Assembly (NCBI GenBank): GCA_054600435.1
Contig: BAAIJX010000008.1
Location: 124,001-188,000 of the forward strand
Length of the DNA: 64,000 bases
Direction: 5' to 3'
From: Neophaeotheca triangularis
Lineage: Eukaryota
The notes under the pieces are model-generated. The model worked only from the letters and a program-made list of their open reading frames with translations. It searched no databases and had not been told where the DNA came from. The position numbers were made by a program, and so were the translations under genes. Shown in pieces: positions 56,972 through 64,000 of this stretch. Numbering within the stretch: position 1 is the stretch's first letter; every line of letters begins with the position of its first letter.

Positions 56972-59900
56972 ATGCCAGAAACTGGACCAGATGAACCTTC
57001 GCCACGGAGGACGCTGTCGAGGCTGCGCCGCGACAAAAAGCACACGAATGAATCCTCGACCTCCCTCGCTAGCAGCTTGAGTACTGGAGATGATTCTGTC
57101 AGCGGTGTCAATCGCTTGCGGCACTCAATGGACACGGCCTTGGACAGAGTCAAGGATCGCACGCGCAAAACCATTGACAAACGTGCTCACACGCCTGAAG
57201 GGGAATCAAGACGTCTATCAAATCTTGTGCCGGGGAGCCACAAGCGGCGAGAGAAGCGCAACTCGATCCATCAAGACGACCGCCAATTGAGTGTGCAATC
57301 TGGTGACTCGGGTTTGCCAGCAGAAGGCAATTACGAGCTCGGCAGTCGCTCTGGAAGTTCGCTGCTCGGTGGTGGCAGTGGTCGCAGCAGTCTTCTGACA
57401 GATGAGGAGCCTGACGAGGCGACGGCGAGTGCTGGGTACGTATCATTCATTCATTCATCCTTCCCGAGGTCCTGCCTTGCCGTGTTATTTTTCATCCATG
57501 GATGTTTTGCATTGGCCTGGATTGTAGCCGTTGGGCTGAGCTCTCGGTACGAGCCGAGTCGGACCTGAAACCCTGGTGCAACTGCAAGCACCTCCTCTGG
57601 CGTGTCTGGCCCACACCATTATACAACTAAGTAAGCTGCTCACGGACTGCCTAGACCGGTGCGGTAGTCACTGACATCAAGCCCTGCTCTGCTCTACATA
57701 CGATTAATCGTATCGTGGGTTGCATTCTGCTGCAGGTTTAATTGCCTCGTGCTCTTCCTCTTTGCACCATTCACAGCTGCAGCCTCGCGACATCCATTGT
57801 TAACATCCACCCTATAGGAAGCCTGTCAGACCGTCCTTCTCCCCTCATCAGTCCCACGTCGGCTACCTAACCCTCACATCACCCGAGCTGAACGCACAGG
57901 CTGCCGCTTCCGCACAGGCTATCGAAAGCACCAGCAACTCGCCCAACACAGCCGCAACCACGGAGACCCAAGACATACCGAGCATCGTCGAGCATCTCGA
58001 CACCGAGGGCGACTCTGCCCCACCGCCATCAGAGCTCGGGCGTTCGCAGTCGCCTGCAGAGAAATTCAAATCAGCTTTCAGTTTGCCGAGAAAGAAGTCT
58101 GGAGGGGATACCGATTCAGTAAAGTCCGGCGGACTTGGGGCGCTGGGAGACTTTATTCGATCCAATCCTACCAGCAGAAGAGGGAGCGTGAATGCCCCAC
58201 CGGATCCTTCAAGCTCTCAGACCTCGCTGCCTTCTACTATCGCAGCAGAGTCTAGCCCAGGTCCCGTGCCAAGCGCAGATCGTCCGCAAACGCCCGGTAA
58301 GAAGAAGTCGGATAAGCACAGGATAAACACCGAACCCCCACCCTCGACCCCTCCAAATACGGTTGATACGCCTCAAACCTTGGTGACCCCTCCTACCCCT
58401 ACGGACCCTCATCACAATAGTGGCACGTTCCCGAAGAGAGACAAACAAAATCCAGTTGTAGAGAAGCCAGCGAGCACGGCGCGCGATACTGCTCTGGGGT
58501 CTATAAGCAGCATTGGAAGGCGAAGGGGCCATTCAACGGCTCTTCCACCTAGCAAGCTATCCAGCTCCCTTCCAGCACCCCTAACACCGACTGTAGAGGA
58601 AGCAAAAACACCTGGAGGGACCCTCACCCAGCCAACTAGCGCAACTGGATTCTTCAGTTCTGTCTTCTCAGCTGCGCAAAAGGCCGCAGACCAGCTTACT
58701 AACAGTATCAATTCGTCTGGCGGGCCGAATCAAAAAGCGAAGGCTGCTCAGGAAGAAGCGGGCGAAGAAGGAGGCGAAGAAGTCATCCCTGGGCCAGAAA
58801 GTGGGACGGACTTCTCGGGTATTGCGAGCGAAGGTAGTCAGCCTGCGGTGGAAACTTTGGGGAGAGGAGACCTAAGCTTGAGTCATCTTGGGATCTCAGT
58901 GCCCAGTCAGCACAGTCCAATGACATCCGCGACCGACCTCGCGAAGCCAGATGAGCAGTCGCAACATGAAGGTCCAGCGAGCAGGACAGAGGAGGAGGCA
59001 GCCATGCGGGCGGTATCGGTGGCATACGAGAAACCTGTTCAGAACACAGTCAGCCAAGCTATTGGTGGCCGACCTCAATCGGTGGCTTCGATGGATCGAT
59101 TAACTTTGGCCGGCGAGCGGAGTCCTTCCAGAGCGGGCGAGCACGACGTCGACTCTTTGAAAAGAGCGGGCAGCATGCGGTCGAAGCTTAGTGGTCGTCG
59201 ACGGCATCGAAGGAGCTCTGCCACAACTGCAACCAATGGTACAAGTGCTATAGCTACCGGTCTCAGCGCCAGCATGAGCGGACTTGCAAATACGCCTCAA
59301 AGTGGAAGTGGGCACAGGCTGACCGGTTTCGCTGTAGCGAGCAGCCGTCGAAACAAAGACTTCCACCAGCTCTTCCGCAGTGTTCCCGAGGACGACTACC
59401 TGATTGAGGATTACAGTGCAGCTTTACAGCGCGACATTCTGCTACACGGAAGACTTTATGTGTCGGAAGGCCACATTTGCTTCTCCAGCAATATTCTAGG
59501 CTGGGTGACGAACCTTGTCATCAGCTTTGAAGAGGTTGTTACGGTGGAAAAGAAGAATACGGCAGTGATTTTCCCAAACGCCATTGTCATTGCCACCTTA
59601 CAGGCGCGAAACACGTTTGCCAGTTTTGTAGCGCGTGATTCAACGTACGACCTCTTGATAGGAATATGGAAGTTGACTCACCCGAATTTGAAGAGTTCTC
59701 TCAATGGAGTCGCAATTGATGAAGCGAACGGGACGGGCGACAAGACAGAAAAGGCTGACTCTCTGGCGTCCGATGGCGCTTCCGGGACCGGTTCGGAGGA
59801 TGAAGTCTATGATGAAGACGACGAGGAAGACGATACTGGCAGTTTCACCGACGCTGGCAACGGAAGCGTCGTTGATAGCGAAGTTGGCGATTTATCGCTC

Positions 59901-61234
59901 AGTCGCAAGACGTCTGCTGTGCCCATCAACGGAACCCCCCAAGCGAACGGGAGCGCCGTGATGAAGGGTCCAGAGGGTGCCGATAGTGCTCCAGCAGGCC
60001 CTGCCGCTGGCAGCGATTTTCCTGGGCCCGCCACACATCCACCAACCGAGTGTTCAGACGGAGCAGAACATTACGACAGACCATTGGCAGACACAACTAT
60101 CCCAGCACCGCTGGGAAAGGTGTACTCATTGATGTGGGGGCCAGCTTCGAGCGCGTTTATGCGTAGATGGTTGGTTGAAGACCAAAAGTCTCGAGAGCTC
60201 GAGTACCCCGAAGACAAGACTGGTTTGGACAATGACCACAAGACGGTGACCTTTTCCTACATCAAACCACTGAACGCGCCTGTCGGTCCAAAGCAGACAA
60301 AGTGCATCACGAGCAACACACTGGAGACTTTTGATTTGGAACAGGCCGTCACGGTGAGGTGCAGTACGCAGACACCAGACGTACCCAGTGGCGGTGTGTT
60401 TACTACCAAAACGCTGTATTGCTTGATGTGGGGCCCAAACAACTCTACTCGAATGATTGCAAACTGCACCATCGAGTGGACTGGCAAGAGTTGGTTAAAA
60501 GGTGAGCGACAGAATATCAACAATTGGTGCTAGTTGCTTCCCATACTGACAAACTCCCCTCAGGTCCCATTGAAAAAGGCGCCAACGACGGCCAAATTCA
60601 ATATGTCAAGGACATTACTGCCGCGCTAAAAGCCGCTGTCAGCAGTAAACCCACCGCCAAATCCGCGGGCGGGCGCAGAGGCAAAGGCAAGAAAAAGAAG
60701 GGCGACGCCCTCGACGAAAGCTCCGCTCACCCCGCGCGCGAGATCGCAGCCACCAAACAGCAAGAAGCGGCAAACTGGGGCCTCTTCGAGCCGGCTCGCC
60801 CCTTCCTCGAGCCTATCACCTCTATGCTAAACCCGTGGCTCATCGTCATCTTCCTGATCGGTTTCATGATGGCCTTCTATATGATGTCCCCAAGATTCGC
60901 CCGCACCACTGGCCTCGGCCTCCCCGGCTCTCCCACCCGTTTGACCGCTTACGAAGACCTCTGGCGGCGAGAGGAAAGCGAGCTCTGGCAATGGCTCGAA
61001 GATCGCGCGGGTCTGGATGGCGTCTATGGCTCTAGCATGCCCTCAGGCGCGGATTCGGAGAGGCTCAGGCAGCGCCAGAAGGTTCTTGCGGCTAGGGGCA
61101 TGGAGCAGAAGTTGCTCGACGATGGAATGCGGGATAGGGCGGTAGATGATGCTATTAGAGTTACTGAGGAGAGGCTGGAGGTGCTTAAAGAGGCTGTCGG
61201 GCGGAAGAAGGGGAAGAGCGAGGGAGGGGGTTGA
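56972..61234 (+). CDS. GRAM + VASt/StART-like membrane-anchored sterol transfer protein (LAM/Ysp2 family); exons 56972-57435, 57818-60501, 60564-61234
   Basis: GRAM domain RNKDFHQLFRSVPEDDYLIEDYSAALQRDILLHGRLYVS; VASt motifs YIKPL...TPDVPSG...SWLKGPIEKG; C-terminal TM helix. Confidence 0.93.
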
Positions 61235-61675
61235 GTTGAGTCGAGTCTAGGGGGCGGTTGTTGAGGAAGCGTTGTACTTTTGGGACCGCGTCGAGATAAT
61301 TGGTGCGTCTGTCGAATGTACAAGTGTACGTGCATGGCAAATGAGCGTTTTGTTGTCCGTCTGTCTGTATTATGAGATGATGTTCTCGTGCATTAACATC
61401 GTCCGAAGCAGACTACGGTATGGATAAATGACAATCACGTGACCTCAAAATGCCCTAGCCGAATGCTTGACTCGTACATTCCTCCGCAGCCGACAACCTC
61501 TCATGATCTCGGCATACTTTTTTGCCCCTACTTAACCACCCATATAACTTCTATGATAATACATCTTCTTTCCAGCAAAACCTTGACCAAGAACCCGAAC
61601 ACTACCTCACTAATGCATCACGACCAACCCACCTAGCACTCGCTCCGCAACAATGGCCCTGCAGCGACAACGACA

Positions 61676-64000
61676 ATGCTCCCCACCCAAGCCACAACGA
61701 CCGCACGCCGTCCCCACGTACCCTCCAAACCCGCTCTCCGCGTGCTTTACCAGCTGGCCTACATCTCCTCCGGAGCCGCTCTGGGCATCGCAACGCTCTG
61801 CGCTGAAGAGCGCCGGCGCCGCACCAAAGTCCTTCAGCGCATCGCCGATAATGCGAAACTTATAAGGCAGAGTCCTAGGTATTATTCCGCTGGGGCCCAG
61901 GTTGTGGCTAGGGGCGAGGAGGATGGGGAGTGGTGGACCAAGCTTGGGGAGGTGGAGGCGGGGGCTGGTGTTGGTGGGAATGGGAAGAGGGAGGGCGCGA
62001 TTAAAGGCCCGGAATTGCCGAGTGTGGTCGAGCAGGAGTTTGAGGAGTTGGATCGGAGGGATTATAAGAGGGTCAGGCGGAGATCTGGGGGCCGGGTCGG
62101 AGATGGGGTAGAGAGGGGTGCATCTGCTTCACGAAAGGCTCCTGCAGCAGCACTGCACGCCACAAGACGACCCGGCGCAGCGAGCATTGCTAGAGAAGAG
62201 CGAGTGAAAGATAACCATGACACGGAGGTACGACAGCGAACTTCCATCCGTAGCCATGGTAGTGAGGATGGGGCAGGCCAGTCTTTGGTCAGGGGCTATC
62301 GGACTCGATCTTTTTGGCGCTCGGGAGCTTTGCATGGCGGCCATGACAAGCCCGGCATGGAAATACAGAATCCGAGCTCAGATGCGATCAATCAGGATGT
62401 GAGTGTCTTCCTCCGGCAGAAGAAACATGAGAAGAGTGGGCACGTTGCTGCCAATCTCCTCGAACTCGCCCTCCATCACGGATCCGCCAATTGGTCGGAA
62501 TCAATGCTAGCTTTCTACCTCATGAATGCGGAAAATGACGGTACCATTGCCGACAGGGATTTCCATGACGTTGTCCGCTATACCATGTCGACTGCCTTGG
62601 CTCAAAGCGCGTCTAGAACCGAAGAAGAATTTAATCGACTGTTGGATATCATCTTCGCTTCACAGAAGTTTGCACGATTCTCTGAATTGCGTCGGGTCAA
62701 ATTGCTGATCCAAGCCGGATCTGAGGCTGCCAGCCGTGCCGTGTCGTGCGAGGCTTTCCGTCGTGCCCTCAACGATGTGGACGTCGGAATGCTCGATGCT
62801 TCCGTAGAGACAACTTGTCGTCGGCTGGTGCTGAACGGGAAAGTTGCCCGTGCTACCGATTTGGCAATCAACATTCACGAACGCACATTGTTGTCGGGGC
62901 ACGTACTTGACGATGTGTTCACAGCAGCTTTGACGCAGCGCAACGCTTCTTGTGCTTGGCGAGTATTGTCGTGCAAGCAAAGACGGGGCCAGGCGAATAT
63001 GACTGAATGGGACGACATGCTCGAGCTGTGCCAAAAGACGGGGGCTCATGACATGCTGTCAAAGGATATTGAACGAAAATCTGCCACTGGCGCTGAGTGG
63101 GATACCATTATCGCATTCTGCAGTCGTATTGAGGCTCAAGACCTGCTGGTGAAGATCATTGCTCATGCTTACGACATCGGACCCGCGCACCGGCGCAAGA
63201 AGGCCGCACATGGTGTGTTTCCAGCGGGCGAGCTTCGACAGGAAAGCTATGTGGTCCTGGCACGAGCTTGTATTACTGCGGAACCTATGATCGACAAACG
63301 GATTTTCATCGATATCTTTCGCAGACTGCCGCACAGCATGCGCGATACTGTCATTGACTCTAGCAGCGCTGCGATTACTAGAGAGTTGAGCGCCGTCTGG
63401 ACCTCTACTCGCAACTTCACTACCGCTCTCAACCTAAGTCGTAACCGTATCAACCAATTGCGAGCACGTGGAAGCGAGGAGGCCGTAGTCAAAGTACGCG
63501 TTGCGTTGGTTGATCTATTACTGAGTGCTGGCAAGGTTGCTCCTGCTCAGCGATTGCTTTCGGTGCTACATGCCGGCAAGAGAGCGGATCGTCATGTCGG
63601 CGGTCTTGCGGCGGTCTCTTTTGCTAGAAAGAAAGACTGGGCATCGCTGGAAAGGCTCTTCGAAATCATGCAACGCGAGGGTCGACTGCTCTCAAGCCCA
63701 GATCTACGGCGGCACTTCAATCGAGTTCTATGTCTCTACGCGAGTGAACACTCGGCGGATGAGTTGCTTGTATTGTCGACAAGATTGACCACGAAGCTGG
63801 GTTTCAAAGCAGATATGGCGACCAACACCATCATGCTGCAAGCCTTTGCGAAAAGCCAACGTCTGGATCTCATAAACGCTTGGTCTGCCAACGTGCGGCA
63901 AACGTCCCCGGGGCTGCAATCTTCGTCGCGGACGGCGGCCGAAGTGCTCAAGGCATACTACCTCCAACACAGACCTTCGCACGTCCTAGTCATGTGGTAC
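61676..64000 (+). CDS. Pentatricopeptide-repeat-like (probably mitochondrial) protein; runs off the right edge
   Basis: Frame from ATG 61676 (MLPTQATTTARRPHVPSKPALRVLYQL...EERRRR) appears to run to the window end; helical repeats such as GFKADMATNTIMLQAFAKSQRLD. Confidence 0.7.
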   Translation, partial: MLPTQATTTARRPHVPSKPALRVLYQLAYISSGAALGIATLCAEERRRRTKVLQRIADNAKLIRQSPRYYSAGAQVVARGEEDGEWWTKLGEVEAGAGVGGNGKREGAIKGPELPSVVEQEFEELDRRDYKRVRRRSGGRVGDGVERGASASRKAPAAALHATRRPGAASIAREERVKDNHDTEVRQRTSIRSHGSEDGAGQSLVRGYRTRSFWRSGALHGGHDKPGMEIQNPSSDAINQDVSVFLRQKKHEKSGHVAANLLELALHHGSANWSESMLAFYLMNAENDGTIADRDFHDVVRYTMSTALAQSASRTEEEFNRLLDIIFASQKFARFSELRRVKLLIQAGSEAASRAVSCEAFRRALNDVDVGMLDASVETTCRRLVLNGKVARATDLAINIHERTLLSGHVLDDVFTAALTQRNASCAWRVLSCKQRRGQANMTEWDDMLELCQKTGAHDMLSKDIERKSATGAEWDTIIAFCSRIEAQDLLVKIIAHAYDIGPAHRRKKAAHGVFPAGELRQESYVVLARACITAEPMIDKRIFIDIFRRLPHSMRDTVIDSSSAAITRELSAVWTSTRNFTTALNLSRNRINQLRARGSEEAVVKVRVALVDLLLSAGKVAPAQRLLSVLHAGKRADRHVGGLAAVSFARKKDWASLERLFEIMQREGRLLSSPDLRRHFNRVLCLYASEHSADELLVLSTRLTTKLGFKADMATNTIMLQAFAKSQRLDLINAWSANVRQTSPGLQSSSRTAAEVLKAYYLQHRPSHVLVMWY

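Overview
Filamentous ascomycete genomic DNA (GT-AG introns with CTRAC/CTAAT branch sites, strong RIP; Dothideomycete-like by inference). The left 2.4 kb and right ~35 kb hold ordinary host genes: a DGAT1-type acyltransferase N-terminus, PEX26, a CAF1/PARN-like nuclease, a small Myb/HTH-like regulator, IWR1, an ENT transporter, an isochorismatase, a Cid1/Cid13-like nucleotidyltransferase, a TMEM184/OST-alpha protein, a MIT + coiled-coil protein, a GRAM/VASt lipid-transfer protein and a PPR-like protein. Between PEX26 and the nuclease lies one 26.4-kb RIP-riddled insertion (2422-28859) with terminal inverted repeats and a 4-bp TTGG target duplication. It is a ~11.9-kb multi-gene DNA transposon with a Clr5-like HTH + integrase-core (IS3EU-type) transposase, several accessory genes and many oriented AGAACAACAA motifs. 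Two complete Ty3/gypsy chromoviruses (6473-13722 minus; 16522-23794 plus) later inserted into it, the second splitting the transposase. After manually reverting RIP changes, four separate ORFs in this island encode Zn2Cys6-like clusters: two as cargo of the DNA transposon and one antisense gene in each retrotransposon. The two retrotransposons share gag-pol and R/U5 but carry different antisense-gene + U3 modules. All translations, alignments and family calls were made by eye; no database search was run.
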